64,000 bases of DNA from Terrimicrobiaceae bacterium (GCA_041752695.1 JBGSVZ010000104.1:29456-93455); one strand, 5' to 3'. Positions 1 through 11,619 are shown, counted from the stretch's first letter. Notes: generated by a model from the letters alone, not told the origin. Made by a program: numbers and translations.

Positions 1-47
1 GTTTTGCCTGAGAGTAACCCTTTAAACCTAAATCCTAATCCTGAAAA

Positions 48-1040
48 CTAAGGCACCGGCACGCGATCGAGGATCCAGTTGACAATTTTTTCGGGCGTCA
101 ATTCCTCCGCTTCGGCTTCATACGTCAGCAGGATGCGGTGGCGCAGGACGTCGAGAGCGATGGAGCGCACGTCGACCGGAGTGACATAGGCGCGACCTTC
201 CATGAACGCACGGGCCTTGGCGGCCAGGGTGAGGTTAATCGTGGCGCGCGGGGAGGCCCCGTAACGAATGAGGCCCTCCAGTTTGGGATCGATGGAGGCC
301 GGACGCCGCGTGGCGTAGACGAGGGCAATGATGTAGTCCTGAATCTGGTCGTCCACATACACCCGCTTCACCAGTTTCCGCAGACCCAGAATGGTTTCGA
401 TATCGAGGATGGGGTCCAGCTTTTCGGGGGTGGCATCGAGCGCCTTGAGGGCGAGGATTTTTTTCTCCTCCGCCTCGGACCCAAAGTCCACCACCACTTT
501 GAGCATGAAGCGATCCACCTGCGCTTCCGGCAGCGCGTAAACCCCCTCCTGTTCCAACGGATTTTGGGTGGCCAGCACCAGGAAGGGATCGGGCAGCGGA
601 TGGGTCGTGTCACCGATCGTCACTTGGTGTTCCTGCATGGCCTCCAACAAAGCGCTCTGCACCTTGGCGGGCGAACGGTTGATTTCGTCGGCCAGGATGA
701 GATTGCCAAATATCGGCCCGCGTTTGGTCGAATAGGTGTTGTCCCTCGGATTGTAAACCAAAGTGCCCACCACATCGGACGGCAGCAGGTCGGGAGTGAA
801 TTGAATGCGCTTAAAATCCGCACGGATGCAGGACGCCAGCGCTTTGATGGTCGTCGTCTTAGCCAGCCCCGGAACGCCTTCCAGAAGGACGTGCCCGTCG
901 GAAAGAAGACCGATAAGAAGCCGTTCGATGAGGTATTGCTGGCCGATCACCTCCTTTTGCATTTCCTGGAGGATCGCGGGGATCCATTGACTGGCCGCGG
1001 TGATTTTTTCGCCGAGGGCGCTGAGGTCTTCCTGGGTCAT
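48..1040 (-). CDS. moxR: MoxR-family AAA+ ATPase
   Basis: Walker A GVPGLAKT, RIQFTPDLLPSD, Walker B LADEINRSPAK; start trimmed to ATG at 1040 (MTQEDL). Confidence 0.92.
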   Translation of the reverse strand: MTQEDLSALGEKITAASQWIPAILQEMQKEVIGQQYLIERLLIGLLSDGHVLLEGVPGLAKTTTIKALASCIRADFKRIQFTPDLLPSDVVGTLVYNPRDNTYSTKRGPIFGNLILADEINRSPAKVQSALLEAMQEHQVTIGDTTHPLPDPFLVLATQNPLEQEGVYALPEAQVDRFMLKVVVDFGSEAEEKKILALKALDATPEKLDPILDIETILGLRKLVKRVYVDDQIQDYIIALVYATRRPASIDPKLEGLIRYGASPRATINLTLAAKARAFMEGRAYVTPVDVRSIALDVLRHRILLTYEAEAEELTPEKIVNWILDRVPVP

Positions 1041-1247
1041 TGATTTTTGGGGGCAGGGATTGAGGGGGTGGTTCGGAAAAGCGGCAGACTCTTTAATCCC
1101 TTGCAGGATGCCAACCGTGAGTCCTCCGCCGACTTTTCTTATGCTGTTTGCTGATTCGTTGCAAAATTTTCCGGAGTTGCCAATATCACATGTTTGATTC
1201 TTGAATATTTTCCACGATTGACCCACCTTCAGGCTCCCCCATCCCCG

Positions 1248-2504
1248 ATGGCCAGGCCCAATATCCTCCTCCTGCTGACGGACCAGCAGCGCTTCGACAC
1301 GATTGAGGCGCTGGGCAGTTCGTTTTCCGCGGCGACCCCGAATATGGACACACTGGCGCGGGCCGGGGTGACTTTTCGCCGGACGTATTGCACGGCCCCG
1401 GTTTGTTCGCCCTCAAGGGCGACCCTGATGACCGGATTGTTTCCCCATCAAGCGCATGTTCCGGCAAATTTGGGACGCGGCGTTCCCCCGCTCTCCCCAG
1501 CACTGCCGACCGTGGGCAAGATGTTGAGGGCCGGCGGCTACCAGACGGCCTATCACGGCAAATGGCATCTCGGAGGATGTTTGCACGAACATGGCTTTGA
1601 GATCGGGGAAGAATGTTCGCACGACGAAACGACCCGGTTGCTGGCTTCGCGGTTTTGGAAGGATCGCGATTGGATGGATCATGACCGTCCGTTTTTTCAT
1701 GTCGTCTCTTTTCTAAATCCGCACGACAACTATTTTTTCGACCCCGAAGAACGGGTGGAAGGATTTGGCCGACCGTGGCGGAACAACACCCCGGAAACCG
1801 CGCCCGCCGCGGTCATGGCAAGGCGCCCGGACTGGAGCGAAGAAAAATGGGGGGCCTATTTTGCGTTTTACGAACAGTTGATCGAGCGGGTGGACGCCGA
1901 GATCGGTGAGTGCTTGCATGAACTCCGATGCAGCGGTTTTTTTGCCAACACGTGGATTATTTTTGCGGCGGATCACGGCGACATGGCGGGGGAGCACGGG
2001 CTGCCGTTTAAAGGTCCGTATGGCTACGAGGGGGTCACCCGCGTTCCTTTGATCATTGTGCCGCCGCAAACGCGCTTCGCCGGTCCACAGCCGTCGGGAA
2101 CCTTTGAGAGTGGAATTGCCTCAGGATGCCGGGACCAGCTTTGCAGCCTCGCCGACATCGTGCCAACCATTCTCGATCTGGCTGGTCTTCCGCGGGTCCC
2201 TGCTCTCCCCGGCTGCAGTCTGTTGCCGGTTCTGCGGGACGCCACCGCGTCCGACCCCCACGAATATGTCTTTGCCGCCTGGCACCAGCCCGGGATGCGG
2301 ATGGTTTGTTCGCGTGGCTGGAAATACATCTGCCACGAGGATGGCGGGGAGGAGCTTTTCGATCTCAAAAACGACCCGGAGGAAACATGCAACCTGTCGG
2401 CGGTGCCCGCGGCGGTCGGGCCGAAATCTCAACTCATTGCCGCCTTGGCGTCACATCTCAGGGACACGGCAGATCCCTGCGCATCGCGATTTCCTTTAGC
2501 CTAA
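1248..2504 (+). CDS. Sulfatase (arylsulfatase/choline-sulfatase family)
   Basis: N-terminal RPNILLLLTDQQR, formylglycine motif CSPSR, GKWHL, DHGD, ELFDLKNDPEE; start at ATG 1248. Confidence 0.9.
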   Translation: MARPNILLLLTDQQRFDTIEALGSSFSAATPNMDTLARAGVTFRRTYCTAPVCSPSRATLMTGLFPHQAHVPANLGRGVPPLSPALPTVGKMLRAGGYQTAYHGKWHLGGCLHEHGFEIGEECSHDETTRLLASRFWKDRDWMDHDRPFFHVVSFLNPHDNYFFDPEERVEGFGRPWRNNTPETAPAAVMARRPDWSEEKWGAYFAFYEQLIERVDAEIGECLHELRCSGFFANTWIIFAADHGDMAGEHGLPFKGPYGYEGVTRVPLIIVPPQTRFAGPQPSGTFESGIASGCRDQLCSLADIVPTILDLAGLPRVPALPGCSLLPVLRDATASDPHEYVFAAWHQPGMRMVCSRGWKYICHEDGGEELFDLKNDPEETCNLSAVPAAVGPKSQLIAALASHLRDTADPCASRFPLA

Positions 2505-2635
2505 GAAGGGCGGCAGCCAAATCATCGGCAGGACGTCCGGGAATAAACGTCCCGACAGCCTTGGGCTGCCGGTTCGTGCTGACAGCGGCGAAGGAAAGGT
2601 CTCCTGCGCGAGCGCGCCTCGGGGCAGGATTCCGA

Positions 2636-3790
2636 TCAGGCTGCGGCGGGCAATCCGTCGACCACGATGCGGTGGGCTTCGATCCACTCGCGGACGGCCT
2701 TGCGCAGGTCATTGGCGGACTGCTCGACCTGCCGCTTGAGTTCCTTGCGGTGGTGGCGGGAAATTTCGCCGCGCTTTTCGCGGGCTTCGCGGTATTGCGC
2801 GAGTTGGGTTTCCCATTGGGCCAGAGCCACATTCATGCGGTCCTGGGCGGCGATCAGCATGGCGTTGAGGGACTCGGAGAGCGGAACCTGCTGGGCGGCC
2901 AATTTTTGATCGAGCAAAATTTTCTGCTCCTCGATCTGGGCTTTGAGGATTTTCTCCTCGGGAACGGTGCGAAGCTTGCTAGCAAGGCCGACCTTGCTCA
3001 GCATCCAGATTGTCCACTTGGTGGGGTCGAACTGCCAGGGTTTCACTCCGTTGCGGTAGTCGTGCTGAAACTCGTGGTGAAAATTATGATAACCTTCCCC
3101 GAAGGTGAAGACGGCCATGAGAAAGCTATCACGGGCCGTGCAATGGCTGGAATACGGGCGGGATCCGATCCAATGGCAGAGCGAGTTGATGCAGAACGTC
3201 ATATGATGCACGAAAACCACGCGGGCGACCCCGGCGAGGAGGAAGGCACCCAAGGCTGCCTGTGCACCGCCCCAGAGAAATCCAAGGAGAGTCGGGACGC
3301 CAAATCCCATCCCGAAAGCGAGGGGCACGTAATATTGATGCTGCCACCAGGCGAGGCGGTCCTTTTGCAAATCGCGCACCCAGGTTAGTGGGGTCTCCGG
3401 CCCAGTCCGGAAAAGGAGCCAGCCGATGTGGGCGTGAAACAGACCCTTGGAAATATCGTAGGGATCGTCGTCATGATCGACAAATTTGTGGTGACGGCGG
3501 TGGTCCGCCGACCAGGCGAGGGCGGAACCTTCGAAGGCGGCGGCTCCAAAAAGCAGGGTGAAAAGTTTCACCGGCCACTTGGCGTGGAAGGTGAGATGAG
3601 AGAACAAACGGTGGTAGCCCAGCGTGATGCTCAGTCCGGTCGAGATAAAAAAGACCATGAAGAGCGTGATCTGGAAAGCATCGAGACCGAAATGCCAGAT
3701 GTAGGCGGGAACGGCGATCACCGTGGTGAGGAACGTCGTGATGAGGAACAGGCTGTTCTCCCAGCGCACTTTGTAGGGCAGTTTAAACAT
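2636..3790 (-). CDS. Membrane fatty acid desaturase (delta-9 acyl-CoA/acyl-lipid type) with coiled C-terminal extension
   Basis: His boxes HRLFSH, HRRHH, HNFHH; GEGYHN; DPTKW; TM segments. Confidence 0.9.
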   Translation of the reverse strand: MFKLPYKVRWENSLFLITTFLTTVIAVPAYIWHFGLDAFQITLFMVFFISTGLSITLGYHRLFSHLTFHAKWPVKLFTLLFGAAAFEGSALAWSADHRRHHKFVDHDDDPYDISKGLFHAHIGWLLFRTGPETPLTWVRDLQKDRLAWWQHQYYVPLAFGMGFGVPTLLGFLWGGAQAALGAFLLAGVARVVFVHHMTFCINSLCHWIGSRPYSSHCTARDSFLMAVFTFGEGYHNFHHEFQHDYRNGVKPWQFDPTKWTIWMLSKVGLASKLRTVPEEKILKAQIEEQKILLDQKLAAQQVPLSESLNAMLIAAQDRMNVALAQWETQLAQYREAREKRGEISRHHRKELKRQVEQSANDLRKAVREWIEAHRIVVDGLPAAA

Positions 3791-3958
3791 GCGGCGGTCA
3801 ACCTACACGGCGATTGGCCACTGGCTACTCGTTTTTTTGGATTTTCCGGCCGTTTTTTAGACCGGTACCTGCGCTCTCGGGGGTATTGGCGGCCCCACGC
3901 TACCAGCGGAAACGCCAGGATGCGCCACCCCTAAGCTCGTTCCAACAAACCGCGGAGG

Positions 3959-5170
<1,212 letters not shown>

Positions 5171-5285
5171 AAGATAAGGCCCCGAACCTCAGGCGCGGCG
5201 GCGGGGATGTCAATCTTAACAAAAGTTTGCATTTCCCCGCGGATCGACGATGTTACCGGTCCGCACGATGGAATTAGGGCCCGAT

Positions 5286-5307
5286 GCCACGTGAGAGTTC
5301 ACGTGGC
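5286..5307 (+). promoter_or_regulatory. Perfect 9-bp hairpin in the infA leader
   Basis: GCCACGTGA-GAGT-TCACGTGGC; function not established. Confidence 0.4.
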
Positions 5308-5382
5308 GAGTTACCGGCACAACCTGCCTTTTCTCGACGAATCCTCGTCATTTCCCATTCCGGTCGTTGCGCGCCATTATCT

Positions 5383-5601
5383 ATGAATCAAGAGAAGACC
5401 ATTGAGATCGAAGGACGTATCACCAACGTGCTCCCGGGCACGATGTTTCATGTCGAATTGGAGAACAAGCACACCGTGCTGGCTCATATCTCCGGCAAAA
5501 TGCGCAAACGGTTCATCCGCCTGCTCAACGGAGATCGCGTGAAACTGGAGATGTCGCCCTACGACCTCGACAAGGCGCGCATCGTTTACCGCCTCGGCTA
5601 A
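5383..5601 (+). CDS. infA: Translation initiation factor IF-1
   Basis: 72 aa; [36 protein letters not shown]. Confidence 0.97.
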   Translation: MNQEKTIEIEGRITNVLPGTMFHVELENKHTVLAHISGKMRKRFIRLLNGDRVKLEMSPYDLDKARIVYRLG

Positions 5602-5650
5602 GGCCGAAGCGGATTGCCGGGCACACCCCGGCCCCTCTATTCTCCGGCGC

Positions 5651-7027
5651 ATGAGACGTTTTCTCGCCGGATTTGTTGCCACCGTTTTCCTCGCGCCGCC
5701 GTTGCTGGCGCAGCGGGGGAACCCCGAAGTTTTGTTCGCAGGGCAGTCGGTTGATCACATGATCGCCGCCTACATGAAGGAACACGACGTTCCCGGCATG
5801 GCGGTGGCCATCGTTCAGGCCCCGTACATCACCCGCGTCATCGGCTACGGAATCGCCGATCTCGAAACTCAGCGTCTCGCGTCCTCTCACACGCTTTTTG
5901 CAATCGGTCCGATGGTCGAGGCCTACATCGCCGTCGCGGTGATGCAGCTCGTCGAGGCCGGGAAACTCTCGCTCGACGACCCGACCGGGAAGCATGTCCC
6001 CGGGGCTGCGACCGCCACCCTCCGGCAATTGCTGCAGCATCAATCCTCCCTGCCCCGTCCGCTCGATTACGCTGTCCTGACCGAGGTCGTCGCCAAGGCC
6101 TCGGGCATGACCTGCGAGCAATTTATCCGGCAAAACCAGTTCGACCGCCTCGGGCTCAAACAAACCTTTTTCGCCAGCGAGCTGAGCGACCTGCGGGCAG
6201 AGGCGTCCAAAAAACACGGCGAATTCCTCCGCAACCCACAGCTCATCAACCCGACCGAACCGGCCACCGGCTCGGCTGCCAAATCCGAAAACCCGTCCGC
6301 GGGACTGCAGATCTACGCCTCCGCCATGGATATCTCAATTTGGGACATCGGTCTCGCGGGCGAAATTTTGATCAAAGATCCCGCACTCCGGAAAATCCTC
6401 TATCACCCCACGGAAGACACCCCGAGTTCCGGTCCCTGGTATTTTCCGGGTCATCCCGGGTTGATGGTGACCACAGGCAGCGGTGACGGCTTTTCCGCGC
6501 TGCTCAGCCGGTTCACCGATCCGAAGGAACTCGTCTGTGTGACCCTCCTGGCCAACAAGGACGGCCTGGACCTCACCCAGCTTGCGCGCCGCATTGCGGG
6601 GGCTTATGATCCCAAGATCGGCCCACCCCTCCAGACCGCCGCGCTCCGCGTGCAGCAAAGCCCATTCTCCGTGAAGGAAACCCTCGACCGTTTCGAGAAA
6701 ATCCTGCGCGAACGCGGCGTCGGGATCGTCGCACGGGTCGATCACGCCAAAGCCGCCCAGTCCGCCAATCTCGAACTCCCCGCCACCGAGGAACTGATCT
6801 TCGGAAACCCCACTGACGGCACGCTCCTCATGCAGCAAAACCGCGCGGTGGCCACCGACCTTCCCCTGCGCGCCGCCGCTTGGGAACAGGATGGCGCCGT
6901 CTGGATCGCCGCCACCGACCCCGTCGAAATCGCCCGCCGTCACGACATCACCGATCTCAACGAGGTCCTGCAGCGCATGCGCGACGGGGTTGATTCCGCA
7001 TTGCGCCAGGCGGTGGGGGCACCGTGA
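5651..7027 (+). CDS. Secreted beta-lactamase-family (serine hydrolase) fold fused to a C-terminal DUF302 domain; catalytic motifs degenerate
   Basis: Signal peptide; VPGMAVAIV, GYGIAD, QLVEAGKLSLDD, TLRQLLQHQS; C-term DHAKAA...LIFGNP...DLPLR typical of DUF302. Confidence 0.8.
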   Translation: MRRFLAGFVATVFLAPPLLAQRGNPEVLFAGQSVDHMIAAYMKEHDVPGMAVAIVQAPYITRVIGYGIADLETQRLASSHTLFAIGPMVEAYIAVAVMQLVEAGKLSLDDPTGKHVPGAATATLRQLLQHQSSLPRPLDYAVLTEVVAKASGMTCEQFIRQNQFDRLGLKQTFFASELSDLRAEASKKHGEFLRNPQLINPTEPATGSAAKSENPSAGLQIYASAMDISIWDIGLAGEILIKDPALRKILYHPTEDTPSSGPWYFPGHPGLMVTTGSGDGFSALLSRFTDPKELVCVTLLANKDGLDLTQLARRIAGAYDPKIGPPLQTAALRVQQSPFSVKETLDRFEKILRERGVGIVARVDHAKAAQSANLELPATEELIFGNPTDGTLLMQQNRAVATDLPLRAAAWEQDGAVWIAATDPVEIARRHDITDLNEVLQRMRDGVDSALRQAVGAP

Positions 7028-7148
7028 GGGCTTTCTGAAAACGCCGGGTGGTTTCACGGATTTCTAGATCCACGGTTACACCCCCTTGAGATCAACGGCG
7101 GCGCGCAACGCCGACAAGATGCCGCCATCCTTGCGCGACCCTGCCAAA

Positions 7149-7949
7149 TCACCCCTTGTTGAAAAATCGGGCCAGGGCGGGTTCGGATTTGTAGGTTTGG
7201 AAAAAGTGGTCTTCCGCGAGGAGCGGGTAAAAGAAGTCGGGCGGCAGGGCGTTGCCAGCCTGATCGAGGAGTTCGATGGCTTTGTCGATTTTTCCCCCGC
7301 GGAGAGCGAGGGCGGCTTCGGTGAGGGTCCATGAGGGGTCCTCCGCCTGGGTTTCGCCGACTTTTGGCCGGATAAAGGTGAGACGATCCCCGACCTCTAT
7401 CTGGGCGAGGCGGATTTTCAGTTGCAGGACCGGGTCGGAGGGCTGCTTTTTCCGGGCGATTTCCAGCTCGGCGAGGGCATCGGCTGGCCGACCGCGCCAA
7501 CGGAGAATTTCGCTCAGGTTATAATGACCTCGGGAGTTTTCCGGTTCGGCTTCGAGGGCGAGGCGCATCTGACGCTCCGCTTCGGGCAGGTCGCTCTCTC
7601 GCTGGGCAAGGAGGCCGAGGAGGGTGTGGCTGTCGGCGATTTTCTGCCTGGAGGCCAGACTTGCCCGGGCAAAGGCGGCGGCCCTGCGGGGGTGACCCTC
7701 CCGCATTTCCTGAATCGCGCGCTGGAATTTTAATGCGGGGGCCTCGGGGTCGAGCGCTGCGGCCTCCTCCAGAAGTTTGCGCGAGGAAACCAACCAGCCC
7801 CGATTCTGGGCTTCTGCCGCTTGCGCGACCTTCCGCCCGGCCGTCTCAGGGTCCTGGGAAAGCCCGGAGCCCGCCAGCAGAAAGACGCCGCAGAGAACAA
7901 GGCAGACCTCCCGGTGAAAGATTGGAAATGCGGGGCGGAAAGGATGCAT
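7149..7949 (-). CDS. Tetratricopeptide-repeat protein, probably exported
   Basis: Hydrophobic N-term then TPR-like helices (ALEAEPENSRGHYNLSEIL...ALAELEIA); start uncertain. Confidence 0.7.
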   Translation of the reverse strand: MHPFRPAFPIFHREVCLVLCGVFLLAGSGLSQDPETAGRKVAQAAEAQNRGWLVSSRKLLEEAAALDPEAPALKFQRAIQEMREGHPRRAAAFARASLASRQKIADSHTLLGLLAQRESDLPEAERQMRLALEAEPENSRGHYNLSEILRWRGRPADALAELEIARKKQPSDPVLQLKIRLAQIEVGDRLTFIRPKVGETQAEDPSWTLTEAALALRGGKIDKAIELLDQAGNALPPDFFYPLLAEDHFFQTYKSEPALARFFNKG

Positions 7950-8081
7950 GGCGACACAGGCACGATGCCGGGGTTTCTCCCCGGGGAAAAGATCAAAGAC
8001 GGGACGGACCCCGCCGCTTCCGCCAGGGGAATTTCCGGGATTGCCTTTACTGGGCAATTGCGTCAGCGTTGATTTAATTCC

Positions 8082-8417
8082 ATGAAAACTTTTTGCCTTT
8101 TGATGGTGCTGTCCGCGGGAGCCGCTTTCGCGGGGGGCGGAGTGGTCGTGCAGGAAACCACCCGTGTCACGGTCGGTGTTTGCTGCCAGCAACCGCCGCG
8201 GATTCCCCAACGGATTATGCAAGGCATCAAGGATCTGGCTGTGCGCAGAAACCCGGGTCATCCCGACGACCAGATGGCTGAAGTGAGCGCGGGATTGAAC
8301 GCCTGGTGCTCCCTGCAGCGGATTCCGAACACGCCGGAAAAGGAGACCGCGGAGGCTCTTTACCCGTTCGATTTCGCCAAGCAGCTTTATCTCGCGCAGC
8401 GGCCCTTCCAGAATTAG
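8082..8417 (+). CDS. Small secreted hypothetical protein
   Basis: Classical signal peptide MKTFCLLMVLSAGAAFA; fills gap between neighbours. Confidence 0.55.
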   Translation: MKTFCLLMVLSAGAAFAGGGVVVQETTRVTVGVCCQQPPRIPQRIMQGIKDLAVRRNPGHPDDQMAEVSAGLNAWCSLQRIPNTPEKETAEALYPFDFAKQLYLAQRPFQN

Positions 8418-8455
8418 GACCGGCCAAAGCCTGAGGGAGGGCGGACCAGGCCCGC

Positions 8456-9343
8456 TCAGTGATCCTCGTGCCGACAGGCATCCGGGGAGGTTTCAAATTG
8501 GATCGTTGGGTGCCCGATGCCGAATTTGTGGTGCAGATCCTCGCGGATGCGATCAAGCAGGGCGTCATCAATGGTCGGATCTTTTTTGACGAGGTGCGCC
8601 GTGAGCGCCACCTCGGTCGTGCTGAGTGGCCAGATGTGGATGTGATGCACCTCCACGACCTCGGGGAGAGCACCGAGGTATTCGCGGACGGCATCGGGAT
8701 CCACACTCTCGGGGACGGCATCAAGGGAGAGATTCAGCGAATCTTTAAAAAGCTCCCAGGTGCTCACCAGGATGAAAAACGCCACGGCCAGGCTCACCAC
8801 GGGATCAAGCCACGTCCAACCCGTGACGAGGATCACCGCCCCTGCGATCATGACCCCCGCGGAAACCCCGGCGTCCGCGGCCATGTGTAAGAAGGCACCA
8901 CGAACATTGAGATCGGATTTGCGGCCGGACATAAACAGCATCGCAGTAGCCCCATTAACCAGAATGCCAAGACCGGCGACCCAGATGACCGTCGAACCCG
9001 CCACGGGGGCCGGTTCCCGGAAACGGCCGATGGCCTCCCACGCGATGGCGCCGACCCCGACGAGCAGGAGCAAGGCGTTAAACAGGGCGGCCAGCACGGT
9101 GGCCCGCTTCCACCCATAGGTCCGGCGCGAACTGGCCGCGCGTTTCGCCAGTTCGTTCGCGACCCACGCAAGAATAAGACCGAAAACGTCGGAAAGATTG
9201 TGGCCGGCGTCCGCCAGCAGGGCGAGGGAGTTAGAGAAAAGCCCGAAGACGACCTCCAGGATGATGAACCCGCTGTTCAGCAGGATGCCAATGACAAAAG
9301 CCCGGCCAAAATCGGCGGGAGCGTGACTGTGTTCGTGAGCCAT
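8456..9343 (-). CDS. Cation diffusion facilitator (CzcD/ZitB-like Zn/Co/Cd exporter)
   Basis: His-rich N-term, SLALLADAGHNLSD, AFLHMAAD, HHIHIW, HPTIQFE. Confidence 0.92.
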   Translation of the reverse strand: MAHEHSHAPADFGRAFVIGILLNSGFIILEVVFGLFSNSLALLADAGHNLSDVFGLILAWVANELAKRAASSRRTYGWKRATVLAALFNALLLLVGVGAIAWEAIGRFREPAPVAGSTVIWVAGLGILVNGATAMLFMSGRKSDLNVRGAFLHMAADAGVSAGVMIAGAVILVTGWTWLDPVVSLAVAFFILVSTWELFKDSLNLSLDAVPESVDPDAVREYLGALPEVVEVHHIHIWPLSTTEVALTAHLVKKDPTIDDALLDRIREDLHHKFGIGHPTIQFETSPDACRHEDH

Positions 9344-9465
9344 GAATATTCCAGGAAAACGGCGAAAAAAATTCCCGACCGCGCGGGGCAGAATTCCGCA
9401 TTCCCGACAGTGTGGCAAGTTGTTCTCCCGAGGAGAGCAACGTCGAATGGAGAAGCTTCCCCCTT

Positions 9466-9513
9466 GAGAGTTCGAAGTTCGAAGTTGAGCGTTCAGCGTT
9501 GCGCGCTTCGCGC
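9466..9513 (+). repeat. Heptamer tandem array (5 units, NNNNGTT) followed by GCGCG-CTT-CGCGC hairpin
   Basis: GAGAGTT CGAAGTT CGAAGTT GAGCGTT CAGCGTT GCGCGCTTCGCGC. Confidence 0.8.
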
Positions 9514-9574
9514 CCCCCGCGTTCCCCGCTTGCCTGCCGGGGGGAAACTCCTTCAGGATGTCATCCAGTTTCTC

Positions 9575-10456
9575 ATGAGTCTTGCTCAGCAAACTTTTTT
9601 TCGCCGCCTGAGCAGCACGCTCATTTTGTGGACACTTATCGTGGCGTCCGTCGGCCTGGGCTCGGACATCGGGTTTTTCCTGCTCATTCTCTTCATGGCC
9701 CTGGTGGGGCTCTACGAGTATTTCCACATGGTGAAGGAGCAGGGAGCGCCGGTCTTCACGCTGACGGGAATGATCTGCGGCGGAGTCTATCTCACGGCGA
9801 GTTTCCTCTTCCTGCGCAGCCAGGGCGGCGAGGAGTCGCTGGACCTGGAGATGGGCGTGCTGGTGGCCTTTCTTTTCACGGTTTTTGTGCGTCAGATGTT
9901 CCGCGGTGCGGCTTTGCGTGCGCCCCTGGAGGCCATCGCCTACACGGTGTTCGGCCTGCTTTACATTCCCTGGCTTTTCAATTTCATCACCAAAATCATC
10001 TACCTGACTCCGCGGACGGAGGCGGGCGATCCCACCGGGCAATATTACGTCATCTTCCTGATTCTCGTGACGAAATTCAGCGACATGGGGGCGTATGTCT
10101 TTGGCAGCCTTTTCGGAAAACATCCGTTCGTCCCGCATATCAGCCCGAAAAAGACCTGGGAGGGAATTGTTGGTGCGCTCTTTTCTTCCCTGCTGGGCGG
10201 CGTCTGGTTGTACTTCTGCATGCCGGACCGCCTGCCGGCCCTGCGGTTCGGTGATGTGGTGGGGCTGTCTCTGCTGCTGGGGGCGGTGGCGGTGGTGGGC
10301 GACCTCGCGGAATCCATCATCAAACGCAGTGCCCACGCCAAGGACTCGAGCCAGATTCTTCCGGGCATCGGGGGGACGCTGGACCTGATCGACAGTCTCC
10401 TCTTCACCGCGCCGGTTTTGTACTTTTATCTCAACACCGTGGTGGGCGTTTCATGA
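9575..10456 (+). CDS. cdsA: Phosphatidate cytidylyltransferase
   Basis: SDMGAY.FG..FGKH...ISPKKTWEG, GDLAESIIKR, KDS..LPG.GG.LD..DS; overlaps dxr (ATGA). Confidence 0.95.
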   Translation: MSLAQQTFFRRLSSTLILWTLIVASVGLGSDIGFFLLILFMALVGLYEYFHMVKEQGAPVFTLTGMICGGVYLTASFLFLRSQGGEESLDLEMGVLVAFLFTVFVRQMFRGAALRAPLEAIAYTVFGLLYIPWLFNFITKIIYLTPRTEAGDPTGQYYVIFLILVTKFSDMGAYVFGSLFGKHPFVPHISPKKTWEGIVGALFSSLLGGVWLYFCMPDRLPALRFGDVVGLSLLLGAVAVVGDLAESIIKRSAHAKDSSQILPGIGGTLDLIDSLLFTAPVLYFYLNTVVGVS

Positions 10457-11559
10457 AAAACGTCGTGGTACTCGGGGCCACCGGCTCGATCGGCCAGAGC
10501 GCACGCAAGGTCGCACGCGACATCCCGAACCGCATGCGGATCGTCGGAATGTCCGCTCATGACAACACCGGGGGGCTCGCGCAGGCCTCGGCCGAATTTC
10601 CCGGCGCGCGCACGGCGCTTTCTTCCGGGCCGGACGGGCCCGAACGGCTGATCGAACTCGCCACGCAAGCGGACGCCGACATGGTGCTCATTGCGATTGT
10701 CGGTACAGCCGGTCTTGCTCCCGCCCTGGCCGCCATCGAGGCGGGGAAGGATATCGCCGTGGCCAGCAAGGAAATCCTCGTCATGGCCGGCGAAATCGTG
10801 ATGGCCGCCGCGGCGCGCAAGGGCGTGAAGGTCCTGCCGGTGGACAGCGAACACAACGCCATCTTCCAATGCCTCGACGGCCGTGACCCGGCCGGGGTTC
10901 GGCGTCTGATTTTAACCTGCTCGGGAGGACCCTTCCGCCAGACGCCTGCGGCAGAGCTTCCTGCCGTGACGCCCGGGATGGCGCTGAAACATCCCACCTG
11001 GACGATGGGACGGAAGATCAGCATCGATTCCGCCACCCTTTTTAACAAGGGACTGGAGATGATCGAAGCGCGCTGGCTTTTTGATCTGCCCATGGCCCGC
11101 GTGGATGTAATCGTCCACCCGCAAAGCATTGTCCATTCCATGGTGGAGTTCATCGACGGCTCGGTGCTGGCGCAGCTGAGCCACTCGGACATGTGTTTCC
11201 CCATCCAATACGCCGTCACCTGGCCGGAGCGCGTGGGGAACACCCTGCGTCCCCTGGATTTCGCCGCGCTGGGCAAACTCGACTTCGAAGCACCTCGCTA
11301 CGCGGACTTCCCCGCCCTCGATCTGGCCCGGCGTGCCGGAAAAACCGGCGGCACGCTGCCCGCCGTACTCAACGCCGCCAACGAGGTGGCCGTGCAGGCC
11401 TTTCTGGAGGGAAAAATTTCCTTTCCTCGGATCTGGGAAACTGTCGCCCGCGTGATGGAAGAATGTCCTTTTGCGCCGCATCCGGGTCTGGAGGAACTGA
11501 TTGTGACAGACGGCCGTGCCCGCGAACTGGCGCACCTCGCCCTCCCGAAGGGACTCTGA
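10453..11559 (+). CDS. dxr: 1-deoxy-D-xylulose-5-phosphate reductoisomerase
   Basis: LGATGSIG, LPVDSEHNAIFQ, HPTWTMGRKISIDSATLFNKGLE, NAANE. Confidence 0.97.
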   Translation: MKNVVVLGATGSIGQSARKVARDIPNRMRIVGMSAHDNTGGLAQASAEFPGARTALSSGPDGPERLIELATQADADMVLIAIVGTAGLAPALAAIEAGKDIAVASKEILVMAGEIVMAAAARKGVKVLPVDSEHNAIFQCLDGRDPAGVRRLILTCSGGPFRQTPAAELPAVTPGMALKHPTWTMGRKISIDSATLFNKGLEMIEARWLFDLPMARVDVIVHPQSIVHSMVEFIDGSVLAQLSHSDMCFPIQYAVTWPERVGNTLRPLDFAALGKLDFEAPRYADFPALDLARRAGKTGGTLPAVLNAANEVAVQAFLEGKISFPRIWETVARVMEECPFAPHPGLEELIVTDGRARELAHLALPKGL

Positions 11560-11619
11560 AAGACCCGGCAGTCGCCCGCCGGACGCGCCACCACAAGACG
11601 CGCCCGGGGACGACCGAAA

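Noticed and set aside
18..47. Short TAA(A)CC/TAATCC repeats after the moxR stop
   Set aside because: Too short and degenerate, and cut by the window edge.
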